This document shows positions 13,291-26,861 of a stretch of 64,000 bases of DNA, piece after piece; the first letter of the stretch is position 1, and the number at the start of each line of letters is the position of its first letter. Below the pieces are notes generated by a model. That model was not told where the DNA came from. It saw only the letters and a program-made list of their open reading frames with translations, and made no database searches. The translations under genes were made by a program, and so were the position numbers. The stretch is from Paramecium tetraurelia (lineage: Eukaryota). The stretch is taken from contig CT868661.1 in assembly GCA_000165425.1 (NCBI GenBank), forward strand, positions 124,001 through 188,000, written 5' to 3'.

Positions 13291-13339
13291 ATATATAATA
13301 AATAACATTTATTTTTATATTTATGCATAAAAAAACAGC

Positions 13340-14334
13340 TCATTTGTTTTTCTTTCCTCCCTTTTGCTTCTTGTTTGGTGAATCTACCTTAACCCAACCA
13401 TCATCACTAATCATATAGTTATTAATAATTACTCTGCGTCTTCTTCATCATGTTTTTGTTATTTAGCATTAGTATTTTTACCTTTAGATCTATAAGATGA
13501 TTATAAAATAAAATACCCTTTTTATTGTTTAGCAGCTTAAGCGGCTTCTTCAGCAACTTTTATAGCAAGTTCTGCAGCAATCTTTGCATCTTCAGCGGCT
13601 TTTTAAGCAGCAGCAGCTTTAGCTTCAGCTTATTTTTAAGCTTCAGCCTATTGTTATTATTTCAGAAGATTGGCTTTCTTATTTTATCTTGGATCATAGA
13701 CTTCTTCCCATCCTTCATCATCATCTTCGACATGTTATGGTTATGGCTTTTACTTTTCTTATGTTTATTTTCCTTTTTCTTTTGTTTATTATTTTGTATT
13801 CTATTGTTATTGTTATTGTTATTATTATTATTTATTTGATTTTTTATTTTATTATTAATTTACATTAGATTATTATTATTATTATTATTTTTAATTAGTC
13901 TTGGTTTCTTACACTTTCTTCTTTTCTCCTTCACTTTCTGATGGAGAAGATGCTCTTTCTGGTGACTTTTTCTCTGGAGATTCAGAAGATGGGGATCTTT
14001 ATTATTTCTTCAACTCTTAAGCTTCAAGTTATTTTTATCGTTTCTTTTCTTCCTTTAATAGTCTTCTTCTTTCATATAATTCATCCTTTGTTAATTCCTC
14101 ACCATCAGTTGAATTAGTTTGGTTAAATGGTAACTTGTCCCAACCTAATAAGATACTTGCATAGAGAAATCAAATACACAATAGATCCTAAAGAGAGAAC
14201 ATATCCTATGCATGTTTCAAATGGTCGTTAAGCAACTTTGAGTGTACCCAAACCAACTCTAAATATAGATGAATAAGCTCTTACGCGAAAGCTGCAACAA
14301 GTCCGTATTGAATTTGCTTGGATAATTAAGGCAT
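13340..14334 (-). CDS. Low-complexity Q/K/E/A-rich hypothetical protein
   Basis: ATG 14334, 33-nt intron at 14145-14177, poly-Gln encoded by TAA/CAA runs (about 13790-13890), ends TGA. Confidence 0.7.
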
Positions 14335-14413
14335 GTATAATTAATAATTAATAAAATGACAAGTGTATTAATTAATTTAAATGGTGTATTAATTATATAT
14401 AAATATATATATA

Positions 14414-15799
14414 TCAATCTGTTAACTCATTTGAATCATTTAATATAAGTCCATTTTCATGAAAATCTCTTTCTTACATGGCTTTGGAATCGTGATATGT
14501 TCTTTATAGAATAGTATGTGACAATACTCCAATTCTGAGATCCATCTATTTAATTTCTAACTAAAAAGAATGAAAATTGAATAGTACTCTAATTTTGGTT
14601 AAAGCAGCCTTGATTCTGATCACAGGAGATTAATCGGTAGATATACTACCATGTTCATTTAATTTGGTTTGCACAGCTTCATACTTATCTGAAATTTATT
14701 TGTATTGATCTCCCATTTCTTTGATTGCATTTGTATAATTCTTGCATTACAATTCAATCTTTTTAACATCTTCATTCTTCTTTTTGTATTCACTTCCCTA
14801 AGATCTTTAATTTCGATTTATACCATATCTTGCATATTTTCATTAATATTATATTCTCTCTTATTGATCCTATCTAAGATCTCTGATAATTCATCTGTCA
14901 ATCTTTCCAATTTAATCCTAGCTTCTGGTAAAATAGTTCTGATTTGTGAAGAATATTATTTAGTGGCATCAAAATGTTGTCTCCATTCTCCAGCATTAGG
15001 CTTGATTACTATCTTAATCTTTTATGCAGCTCTCTCAACTTCCTTTGCCCATTCCTATGGATTCACATTAGATTCTATCACCATCCTCTCTTCACTTCGT
15101 ATTAATAGCTTATTTACTCCTTTTGAAATCCCTATTCATTAAACACATCTTCTGGCTCTTCATCTGATGCTACTTCTGGATCAGAGTCTGATGACACACT
15201 CCCAGTTTCCTAAACAGGTTCTTCATCTTATCTCCTTTAGAGAATGATTAAACACTTACGTCTAAGATTGCTATTCAATTTTGACTTTTTTAAATTGAAA
15301 CTTCTTTTTTTATAAAGCTTTGCTTGCTAATTGCTATAACACATAAACCACATATTCCCCAAAACCTTATTTTAACTTAAGTGGGGGAAAGTCGACGTCG
15401 ATTCCAATATTTTTGACCTCATTCACTATTGTTATTTAAAGGATATATACATATATTCTGTGATAATGTAACAGGGTCATCTAATTTATTAAAATCAGTC
15501 GTTTGAACATCATTCTGAGTAAACAACCATTTTGCCAATCTAAATCAAATTAAGATGCTATACGTTTTGAATTGACTGAATTGCTCACTTGAATTAGTTT
15601 AATTGACAAAGTATGCTCGATTTAATGGCTTCCCGCCTCTAGTTATTCGAAATTGTAAACTTACTTCTGTTTTACGTAACTTTATTCATAATTCAATAAA
15701 ACTAGTTTTTCATACAAGTCTTCCATCATTGCTGTTACATCCAATTATTCCTATTGAATTTATATATATTCATACTTAACCTACTTGCTATTCAGACAT
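14414..15799 (-). CDS. IFT57: Intraflagellar transport protein 57 (HIPPI)
   Basis: MEDLYEKLVLLNYE..KPLNRAYF..SEQF; DDP; DFPPLKLKQGFGE; WAKEVER..GEWRQH; C-terminal coiled coil; several tiny introns. Confidence 0.9.
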
Positions 15800-15860
15800 A
15801 ATTTAATTTTATTTAATATTCAAATATACAAATACATATAGATATATATTTAATCCTTTT

Positions 15861-17367
15861 TCACACTTACCAATTATGCAACATAATCTTTTATAATGAT
15901 AATAAAGCATTTTCTCTGATCTATTAGTCATCATTTCTAGCCTATCTCATAATCTCTTGTTTTGCATTCAATTGCTCTAACACTCTATACTTACATAATT
16001 TATTTACACTTTTCCAAAAGGATGGAATCTACAAAACTCCCCCAAATCATAACAAGCAACTGCAACATTTTAATTGCTATTTGATTTTAATATTTCTGCC
16101 AATTTTCTAACTCAAAATTGAAATAATACCTAATCAATAAGAAATCATTTTCTTCGAATTTTTTCACATTTTCCTTCCAAAACTTTTCAGTGTGAACTGG
16201 ACTCCATGTTAAATTTTAAGCATTCAATTCTTTAACATATTTCTCAAAGGAACTATATGTGAATAAAATCAATTACGTTAATATTTTCATATTACTTCTC
16301 TAAAATTTCTCCAACATACTTGATATCATCTAACAAATCTTAATCTTTTAAGGAATTTCCACTTCAACAGTAACATCAACTACTTGATGACTGTCAAAAT
16401 CCATAATCTGTCGACCATCAATTCAATACATTAAGGTGATGCATCAACTAAATTCCTAAAACATGCAAAAGAAACTCTTAAGATCTTCTCTCTTGATATC
16501 TTTTGTACTGATTCTATTATCAATTTAATCAAGCCAATAGTGGGATCATTAAAAAGTGAAATAGATTCAGTTGTAAAGCTGAGCAACCATAATGCTAAAA
16601 TTGTATAATATGCAATTTGTAAATCTGTAGAATATTTTGAAAGTAAATTTGTAATTCTAGATGAACAAACATAAATACATTCTTATTCCACCACTCTTAA
16701 TAAATTAAACTGCAAGAGTTTCATGTTTTAAGAAATGAACACAAACTGGCATGATCATAAAATCTGCAATTTTTAATTTATTGCCTATAAAGGTTGTATT
16801 AATCATATTTACCTATTCCTCCTAAAAAGAGTATCACCCATTCCTTTGCATCATTCCCTCCCTCCTCAGCTATTATCATAGTAGCAATCTTGGCAGCAGC
16901 CTCATATGCCATTGGATCATATCCTTCTAAGAATAAAAATTGCTTTAACTTAGGCAATACTTAAGGAGTCAATGCTCTCATAAATTATTTAAATAATCTC
17001 TAATTGTCTATTAAGTTTAATGTGATGCATACCTGATATGATTGCCTCAATTGTTGTCAGAATATAAGTCATCAAAGGCTTATCATGGATAAGGTTCTCA
17101 TAAGATATCTAAAACCATTGAAAACACTCCAACTGAGTCAGTTTCCAAGAGTTTCTTCTGCTCTTACAACTAAATAATATGATTCATATATTCTACCTTT
17201 CCTTAAGTGAATTTAATGAACATATCTTTAGTCTCTCTCTTAATTGATTTGCCATGTTGATCCAATTACTTAAAGCAATCTTCACAATCCTTCATCACTT
17301 TGTTTAGATACTATTCTCTTTAATAAAAAGTTATGGATTGACAAAAATATCTCCTTTATTTAAACAT
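15861..17367 (-). CDS. ATP6V1H: V-type ATPase V1 subunit H
   Basis: WTPVHTEKFWKENVKKFEE, VAVACYDLGEF, ALLSLQKIMLHNW C-terminus; start position approximate. Confidence 0.9.
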
Positions 17368-17388
17368 ATTAATTTATTTTATATATAT

Positions 17389-18489
17389 TCAATACGATCC
17401 ATTTGGTAAATATATCGATTATGTTTAATTGAATTGTCCAGGTCTCTGATATGGTTAAGTGTACACAGAATTATAAGCATTAAATTGATGGTTCTATTTC
17501 ATCTAATATTTTGAGTAGAAGTCAATATGGTTGTTGATATCATTCTCAAAATTAGATAGCACTTCTTTTAAATCTGTGAATCTTGGTCTGGATTCTGCTT
17601 CAGAGATCATCTAATATATTAAATTTGTGAAAAGAGTTGAGTAGCCTTTCTATATCAATTGATCATTAGCTTTGATGATTCTATCAATATGAACTTCTTT
17701 GCTTATCCAATCATAATACTATTCACATGAGCTAAGACTTGCTAATTCCAAAAGAGTTAATCCTAGAGCAAACACATCACTCTTGACCAAATCTACATTT
17801 GGTTAAGGGTTCTTTGCTCTTAATTCCTTCAATAATTCAGGAGATAGATATTAAAAATCATTCACTAGCAAAGCCTTCTGATATCCTGTCATACTTCCAT
17901 AAATAAAATTGTACTCCTGTAATATATTATTGAATGAATACTGTTAATTTTACACTTTGATCAGGATGCAAATAGATATTTTTAGATTTTATTTCTCCGT
18001 GATATCTTCCATTTTTTTCTAAAAATGCACAAGCATTGACAATCTAAAGTGTTATTTACCATAATCTTAATTCTGGGAATTGTTAAACAATATTTCTGAT
18101 ATTTTCATTTAAATAACAAAGCTTCATTTCATTTTAAATATTATTGTAAAAGAATTCCCCTATTACTGTTAATTATGTTTGATCTTAACATAAGATTTGG
18201 CTATTTTATTCAGAGATGAAAAATATTTATGTAAGATGGTCATTATTGTAACATTTCCTATTTTTATAATGTGCTAACATGAGTTTGGCTTCTTCTGATG
18301 TTGTGACTGTCTTATGAAATTCAAAAATAGAATAATTCTATACAATCGTAGATCAATTACATTATCGTCTTTTAGATCATAGACTCTGACTATACCTAGC
18401 TAATTATGATGAATAGACCCTTTCATTTTGAATTTCTTCATCACATTTTCATACTTCTCTTCTTACATCCTTTAATTTGAATTCCCCAT
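17389..18489 (-). CDS. Protein kinase-like protein, probable pseudokinase with N-myristoylation-type start
   Basis: MGNSN start; YHGEIKSKNIYL catalytic loop, EYN in place of DFG, YLSPE and KSDVFALG retained. Confidence 0.8.
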
Positions 18490-18875
18490 TTAATTTATAA
18501 TAATTAATTTATACTAAAACTTTGATAAGAATAACATCCTCAGAATATAAACTTTTGATTTGCAACTCTATCTAGAATTATTCTAATCAAATCATTACAA
18601 TATATGGAGAGATTAAAACAATTACTATTCTCAATCAATTAATTGGACAAAGGTTTATTTTTTTACTTTGAATATTTCTTAAGAGTTATCGTTCATTATA
18701 AAATTAAAATTGAAGGATCATCTAATACATGTAATCTATATTATTTTTATTTTTTTATAATTCTCTATAAATTATTTAAATCGATAGGAAATTGAAAAAT
18801 AGTTAAAAAACATGAATTCTATTAGATTATTTTAAATTGATTTACATTCATTATAGATTATTCATAAATTATTTC

Positions 18876-19452
18876 ATGATTGAAGTATCTCATAAGTCCT
18901 TATAATTTCAAGAAGGTCAATTAAACCAATTAAAGTTTAAGATAACAAATGTTAGTGATGTTCCAATTACTTTTAGAATTAGATGCAATAACAATACTAA
19001 TTATAAATTAGACCATTATATGGGACTTATTCACAGCCATTAAGATTTCGAAAACAACATTCAAAATTTTGAAGCAGCAGTAATTGCAATTTAAATCAAA
19101 TTAGGATTTGAAATTGCCAGGTGATTAATTGGAAATTTAATATGCAGAGTTTTTGGATCCATTATAAGATTTGAAAGACTTTTGGAAATCCACATAAAGC
19201 TAAGATCATGTTATGATACCCATAGAAGTCCTTGATATCTAATAATAGCAGAAGGAGGCTATTTTGGCAGAATTAAAGGTTAAATAATAAACATTACAAC
19301 AAGAATTATAATCTATTAAATAAGAATATGTTTAATCATAGAAACCTGCTGTTGAGATCAATCACTTTAATAAATTATATAATGGATTTACTATTGGCAA
19401 ATTGATTATTGTTATTGCGATATCATTGCTTCTTGGTAGTATTTGTAGATGA
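18876..19452 (+). CDS. MSP-domain (VAP-like) tail-anchored protein
   Basis: FKITNVSDVPITFRIRCNN..Y..GLI MSP pattern, then a coiled coil and C-terminal TM (LIIVIAISLLLGSI); one intron. Confidence 0.75.
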
Positions 19453-20603
19453 ATTTAAATATCTATTTATAAAGTGTTATTAATTTTATAATTCTTTAGA
19501 ATAAAATTAGTTATGAGTTCTCTATTTATTATTTTTTTAGGCCAATTGTTATGATTGTTGTTCAATTCAAACTCAATTGAATATGATTTCACTGATTCTT
19601 CTTTTGAGTTTTTTTCTAGAGTTATTTAACGAAATTCCATAATGAAATTCCTAAAATATTACATATTTTAGTTCTAGTTCTTGTTTCAAAGAGAGAAATA
19701 ATGGTCAGAATTATGTTCACTCTTTCTATTCAGGAGATGCTTTTGACATCATCCTCGTATTTAAGAATTTTAAGAAGGAATAGATGAAATATATATGACA
19801 AAAATAGGGGTATCAATATAATCAAAATGAATTTAGACAAATTGGAATTAATTTCCAATATAAATACAAGTTTTTGTACAATATTGTAGATCGGTTTAAT
19901 TTCTATATAAATTAATTTAATTAACCTGTTTGTACACTTCTGGCAACTTTCCCTATATTAGCATTATATTCAATTAATAAACTTCAGGTATTGATTATTT
20001 ACATTTTTGTTAATGAAGTTATATGTATTATTATTGAAATGTTAAATTTTTAAGTGTTTCTAATTAGAAGTAAATAAATGAAAATACAATATTTTATTAC
20101 CTCAAACAGTTTGGTTTAAAAAATCTTTAATTGTTTTGGACTTAATAATAACATTTTAAATATTTGTTAAACCATATTTTATTCTTTTGTTAACAGATTC
20201 ATCGAATTCAATCATTTGAGATTTTCATTTATAGTTTATGTATTATAAGAATATTATTAAATATGGTATAATAGGTGATTGATAATTTAAAGGTAATTTT
20301 ATATCTAACGTATTTATGTTTTTAATCTTAGACTCATGCCATATTAATACTATTCTTAAAATTGTTATACCATCTGAATGTTTCCATTTCTTAAAATACC
20401 TATAATTAATGTTGTAATTGGAAATTTTGTATTGATATTTTTAATCAATCAAAGTTTGCAATTATTTTTAGTAATCAAAATCTGTTTATATTTACTAATT
20501 TGTAAGGAAAATAGAGTTTCTCATGACATTGTATAAATATTTGAAAATGTATTTTAAATTTTTAACTTATAATAAAATAAACATTTGTTTTTAATATAAA
20601 GAA

Positions 20604-22139
20604 TCACCAACTTCTTTCATCCTCATTTAATTATTCCATAGTAAAATATCTATCTGATATTTGTGATATCTCATTGAATTATGGTATGTATGCAAGAGTA
20701 TCATATTTTTTCTATGACAAATCTTCCCAAGAAACATCATGAAACCAAGGATGACTTTATACTTCTTTAAAATCCATGAGAAATCCCAATCTTTATGTAC
20801 TATCATGTTTTATCAACCTTTAAATGATATCCTTACATTATGATGAGCACACTATATTTTTTGGGAAATGAATTTCACCTTTGAGAATGAGTTTCAAGGC
20901 TATTTCAAAATTATTATGATAGAAAGGAGTTATGCCTACCAATAATTCATAAATAAGAATGCCTAAACTATACCAATCAGACATTCGAGTAAGTTCCCCA
21001 TTCTTTATATATTCTGGAGATGAATATTCAATAGTGAAATTGATGGCTTAAGTTTTCTTGAATTCCTAGTACATTCTCAATTTGCCATATCCGAAGTCAG
21101 TTAAACATACATACCCTCTTTCGTCAATCAAAATATTCTCAGGTTTCAAATCTCCAAATATTATTCCCCTCTCATGTAGATCCGATAAAGCTATTGCTAC
21201 TTATGCAACTATTTATTTTACTTATTATTCTGGAAAATTGTTAATCTCCTTTAAATGTTAATAGAGGTCACCTCCTTTCACGAATTTGAATATTAAATTA
21301 ACATTACCATTGTAGAGCATACACAATTCAAGTTCCTCTATGAATGGCAATCTCTCGTAATTCTTGAGAAACAATTCCAACAAATCTATGTCGACTGTAT
21401 TAATGGGAACACATTTAAGAACTGAGAATTGTTATTATTTTTCATATTTATTATGCAATAAGTAGATTTTGCTTAAAGATCCTGAGGCTAACACTACTGA
21501 TTTTTAATACTCATCTAATTTAACTCGTAATCTTAATGGGTCATTAGCAAAAAGTACCAACAATTCATTCGATGCAGCTTTACTTTTATTCATGGTATTG
21601 ATATAATTTAATTGGAAATTCTCAGGATATAGCATACTAATTTAGGATTTGGGATGCAAACTAGTTTATTTTAATTTATCAAGTGTTTGATGATGCATAC
21701 AATAGGGTTGTAGAACTTCATCTTCTACAAAATATATTTTGATGCCATCTATATTGTGCATTTTCATCGCAATTGCTAAGTAAAATATTATTACATCTCT
21801 ATTCTCTTATGATTTATACAATAAGTCAGATTCGGTAGGTACATGAATTATAAATTCTTGACTCTTCTTTGATATGGTGACTCCGAATATTTTGTTAATT
21901 GCTATCTTTCTTTTAATTGATTTCTTATCAATGTTATACACAAACTCATTAGAAATTGCTATCATTCTCAACTATTCGTTATTCCTTTTGTTGATTTTCG
22001 TAATCATTCGAGATATAAGCATTATTTCTAAGGATGTGCATTATTTCTTAAAATACTTTTCTGCATCTATATGATAAATGTCATTTGTATCAACTTTAAT
22101 TTATTTTAGAAAATTCATTTTCCTATGTTCTTGATGCAT
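20604..22139 (-). CDS. AGC-family kinase with an N-terminal myosin-I TH1/PH-like domain
   Basis: Intronless 512 codons; [38 protein letters not shown]; kinase [25 protein letters not shown]. Confidence 0.85.
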
Positions 22140-22222
22140 TCGATATAATATTAAAAGAAATTATTTTTATACAAATAATAACACAAATTCAAATACATTA
22201 TTATACATACCTTATTTGAAAA

Positions 22223-22635
22223 ATGACAAAGTTGCTCATAGTTATACTCGTTCTCTCTTTACATGTTTCTTTAAATGAGTCACTCTCTATTCCTTCTTTC
22301 AACCATTAAGTTCAAATGAATGAGAAGCCAAAAAAAAAGCCCGCCATAGAATGGAGAAGCACTTCTGAATTTGAAAATAATTCAAATTACGTAAGAGTTG
22401 TGGAATTTACTAAATAAAACTATTAAAAGGAATGCTCAATGAACAAGACAATCACATTTACTAAAGTCCTTTAGGTTGCTAAACAAATGCAACAAGGATT
22501 TCTTTGGTCTGTAATACATTTAATATTATATCTAAGTTATAAGTGGAGTTTTCAGACAAAACAATTAAAATAATTTAGATCTACGAAGACTTAGATGGAG
22601 TTTTAGAGTTTGATTCATGCAAAGATAACAATTGA
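22223..22635 (+). CDS. Secreted cystatin-like protein (degenerate motif)
   Basis: Signal peptide; QMQQG at the QxVxG position; paralog of the next gene with the same intron position. Confidence 0.65.
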
Positions 22636-22837
22636 AAATTTACAAAATTTTCATATATATTGAAAATCATATTAATTTTAACCCTTATAATTTTCATTCT
22701 CTACAACATCAGAACAAGTTTTATTTGAAGTTTTAGGTTATATTAAATTATAAGATTTAATCCTGAAAACGGTATGCTGGGATTAATAAATTTATAATAT
22801 GAATTAGGATTTATTTATTAAATTAATAAAAAACGAA

Positions 22838-23226
22838 ATGAACAAAACCATAATAACATTGATAGCAATAATTATGATTACTTAAGCAAAGAGACACTTC
22901 ATAGAGAATAAGATTCAAAAAAACTAAGAATTGCTTGGAGGTGTAAGATGGTAGTCTCCAAACAACTATAAAAATGACGAGAATTATTTCCAAGCCCTTG
23001 AAAAAGCAAAGCAAGATTTCCATAAGGTCTGTCATTTGCCTAATGGCGTAACTTGGGTTAAGGTGGAAAAGGTTGGCTTATAGATTGTATAAGGAAGAAT
23101 GTGGTGGGTATGATATTTAATTCAACTTATTAGTTCGAAGTTAAATTGAGTGATAAAAAAACATACCAGATGGAAGTATATTAGGACTTGTAAGATACAT
23201 TTGAATTAGATGAATGCAATAAATGA
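22838..23226 (+). CDS. Secreted cystatin-like protein
   Basis: Signal peptide, N-terminal LLGG, QIVQG motif, one 26-nt intron. Confidence 0.8.
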
Positions 23227-23286
23227 ATAATTTTTCACACAATTTAATAAGTTAAATCATAAATAAATTAATCGTTAAAATAAAAA

Positions 23287-23931
23287 ATGCAAAGATCCTG
23301 GTTAGAGTAACCCCAAAGAACTTTGGACATCAATTTTGATATAAAATCTATTCGAAATTAAGTTAAAGATAGATGTGTACCAGTCCTATAATATTAAACT
23401 GACTCTGCTCAAAAATCATTCTACTCTTATAGGTAATAGCATCAACTATCTTAGAAAAGAAAGTTTGCCCACAGTACCATCATTCGAAAACTTATAAGCC
23501 AAAATAAGGGATTTCTCATACACTAAACTCAATCAGGCTTCATCCTTTTAATAAAAGAATCAGATTGCTGATAAATCAATCACTTACTCACCTCAAAAGG
23601 CTGCAGGTCTATAAAAGAAGTAATGTTAAAATCTAGAATTTAAGAATAAATAGTTCCTTGGGGAGTAGGAACAATTCTAATTATCAAAGTTCTCGACAAT
23701 AATCACCAGCTTATTAAAGCAGACCTATTGAACTAAGTTATAGGTCATAATAGAGAAGAAATTTGAGTGATAACTTGCAATTGAACGAAATTGTTTCTAT
23801 GAGGAATAAGATTGAATCATCCTAGGCCAGCAGAAGTCTATTGGGATCTAAGTAATTTCTAATTATTCTATAATAGTTATGTGAGTGAATTGGTCAAATT
23901 AGCTTAGGCCATAACTAATGCACTGAAATGA
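23287..23931 (+). CDS. Hypothetical protein
   Basis: Code-6 ORF with a tiny intron near 23852; ends YVSELVKLAQAITNALK-TGA. Confidence 0.65.
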
Positions 23932-23985
23932 GATAATTTTAGTTTAAAATTATGATATAACTACAAATTTATATAAATTAATTTT

Positions 23986-25281
23986 ATGAAAAACAATAAA
24001 TACTAGATTAGAGTAACTTTAGACAGTACTCCTTCAACTTTTTAAACTAATGAAACATTGTCTTTATGGGAAAGTCTATAAAGATCCAAAGATTCTCCTA
24101 GAAAATCAAAAATAAGAATTGCAAGAGACCCACTAGAAAATGAATGTCCATTGTAATAACCGAACCCATTTTTATTTAATGAATAATTAAAGCATAGTTT
24201 TAGGGACTATTTGGAAGGTTAAAAGACGGTATTAAATTTAGTAAATGAATGTAATCATATCATAAGTTCATCACATAAGATGGATAAACTAAAATTATTT
24301 TCAAATGTACATAAATTTCGAAGTTAATTAAAATAAAGATCCTCAGTTAGATTGTCTATGATCTAAAATAATTCTTAAGCTGAAGATCTTCTTCAAAGAA
24401 AAATTAAGATCTAAGAAAGGTTTAATAAAATTCAAGCCTTAATTCAATAAAGAATGCATGCTAAAAATAAAAAAGAATCACTTCGAGATGTTCAATTATT
24501 CAAACATTTATTTGAAACTTGTGAGAAGAATGTTAATAAAATTAAATCGAAAAATCTACTCTCAGAAAAAGCAGATGGAATAAGAGAATATGATAAAATT
24601 AAATATTCTAAGAATCCACAAGGATCATTAAGAGTACGTCTAGATAATGAAAGCAATCTTAATTAATCTAATAATTTAAGGAGTAGGACTTTACCAGATT
24701 AACAAACAACTCATTTAACAAGAAAGAAGGAACGAGAAAAAATGAATGCTAAACTTACTGAGTTTCTAGAACATGATCAAAATCAAGAAAAGAATCTACT
24801 TCTTAAGGCTAAGAGAAATCTTATAAGAGAATTAAAGAATGGTAATAAAAAATTCCATTAATTTGATACTAATCGATACAATATTACAGATCCCTTGAGT
24901 AAAGATGTGAAGTTTTATGCTTATATGTTTATGAAGCCTAAAAATGATGATGTTTTACAGAAGAAGGACTAAAAGTATAAGTTCTTATGTAAAACCGCGA
25001 GAGTTCAAAAAAACACTCAAAGACATTACTTAGCCAATTTTAATCAACAATAATCTAATTCCAGGGAGGAGAGCCTAGAGGAAGATTCTTCATTCAATTC
25101 TATGCTTGAAATCAATATTGACAATCTGTATAAACGAAGCACTGATTTGTAAAATATGATTCTGAATACAAAGTCTGAAAAGTTTGTTAGAAGAATTAGA
25201 CAATTCCAAAAAGTGCAAACCCTAACTACTTAAATAATTAAAGTGAATGAATAAAAACTATCTAATACTAAATTATTATGA
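23986..25281 (+). CDS. Hypothetical protein
   Basis: Intronless 432-codon code-6 ORF. Confidence 0.75.
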
Positions 25282-25322
25282 CAGTAATAACAATGTATCT
25301 ACATAACATTCTCCTATATACA

Positions 25323-25817
25323 TCAATAAAAGTCAAAGTCTAAATTATCCTGGTTTTCCCATGGACTAAAATCTATAGTAGGTTCACTTTTCTTAATCTT
25401 CATTCTCTAAGATAATCTTCTACGTTTAATTTAGTATATTTTTTAAAATTATTGTTATTTGGCTAAATTATACGGCATTTCAATTATATTTTCTTTATTG
25501 CTAACTATTGTTCGATGCAGAATTGGAGGCTTAACAGGATATTAAACTTAGGGCAGATGTTCCTCCTCCATTTCTGTTTTGGTTTCGAATGATTATCTTC
25601 TAAGTCTCTGTCTCTCTAATTTCATATGAATCACCTTCAATGCATTTTCACTAGTTTTGCCAAGTTGCAATCCCTTATAATAATTTTATTTGATTTCACT
25701 AGTTTCAGTGATCTGTCTCAATCTCTCTACTTTCATAGACGTAGATCTCTGATCTTTATTATATCCAAATACGAAATTGTAAAAATTTTATCGTTGATTT
25801 TATTGACAGTTTTTCAT
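25323..25817 (-). CDS. Hypothetical protein
   Basis: 165-codon code-6 ORF ending SPWENQDNLDFDFY. Confidence 0.7.
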
Positions 25818-25908
25818 TTTAATTTTATAAATTGCATTAACATTAATCCCTCTTCCATTAGAATTGAGATGTAATCATACACAATATAATTGATAATATT
25901 AACAAATA

Positions 25909-26861
25909 TCAAATGTCATCCTCTTAGATGATGTGATCACCTTCTAATTTAGGAATAGCTATCCTACTCTTAGGAACTAAGCTTGATCCAAATTGAATCT
26001 TATTCAATAATGTCCATCCTCCAGAACCAGCAATTATCAGAATAATCAAGGCAAAAATGAATAAAAACACTTACTCCAATGGATTTGCATTTGTACTCGT
26101 ATTCGCATTCGCATTCGCATTCTCAACCTATTTAACAGGTGTTTCGGCATGATCACAAAACGATATTGACACATTGGTATACTTTTAGCACAACTTTTAA
26201 AGGAATTCATTATATGTTAAATCAGTTTAGTCTGAAGAATCCAAATACAAGGAAAATGATGTTTAATTATATTCCATTTTTTTGTACTATTCTAATATGC
26301 GATTTGTCTTAATTTCTTAATTTACTACTTCACTTTTATCAAAACTATCCTCAATACATTTATTTATTGCTTCAGTTGATATGTTATGATTAGTAAAATA
26401 ATTCTTAGAACAGGCAACCATTGATGATTTCTTACATTGTTATCCAAAGTAGATTGTATAATTAAGATAATGTTGTGGTAATACTTCCAACACACACTGT
26501 TAAAGTAAAAATTCTTTCAAAATGGTCTACCCAGATACATAGTCAGAATACTCTATGATATATTTATAAAGCAATACAGCAATATCGACCTCCTCCTAAA
26601 CAATGTTTTTCTTGCTCCTTGAATTGATGACGCGTGTAACAACTGTAGCAAGGTAAAAGATGTTGGGCAATATTCAATTTTACTATGATCACAATAAATA
26701 ACGAATATACATCCATTCTATTACAATTCATCATAGTGTTTTGAAAAATTGCCAAAGAATTCCATATAGGAATTGTCTGAAAAATCTAACCCTATTGTTA
26801 AATTAATATCCATCTTTGCATTCTTTGATAATGCAATTGCTATAAAAATAAAGTAAAGCAT
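25909..26861 (-). CDS. Vacuolar sorting receptor-like type I membrane protein
   Basis: Signal peptide; PCYSC..HCLGGGRYC resembles the VSR/BP-80 lumenal motif; one C-terminal TM and a short tail. Confidence 0.7.

Noticed and set aside
13525..13839. Leu/Phe-rich plus-strand ORF that looks like a membrane protein
   Set aside because: It is the antisense of the poly-Gln/Lys tract in the minus-strand gene.
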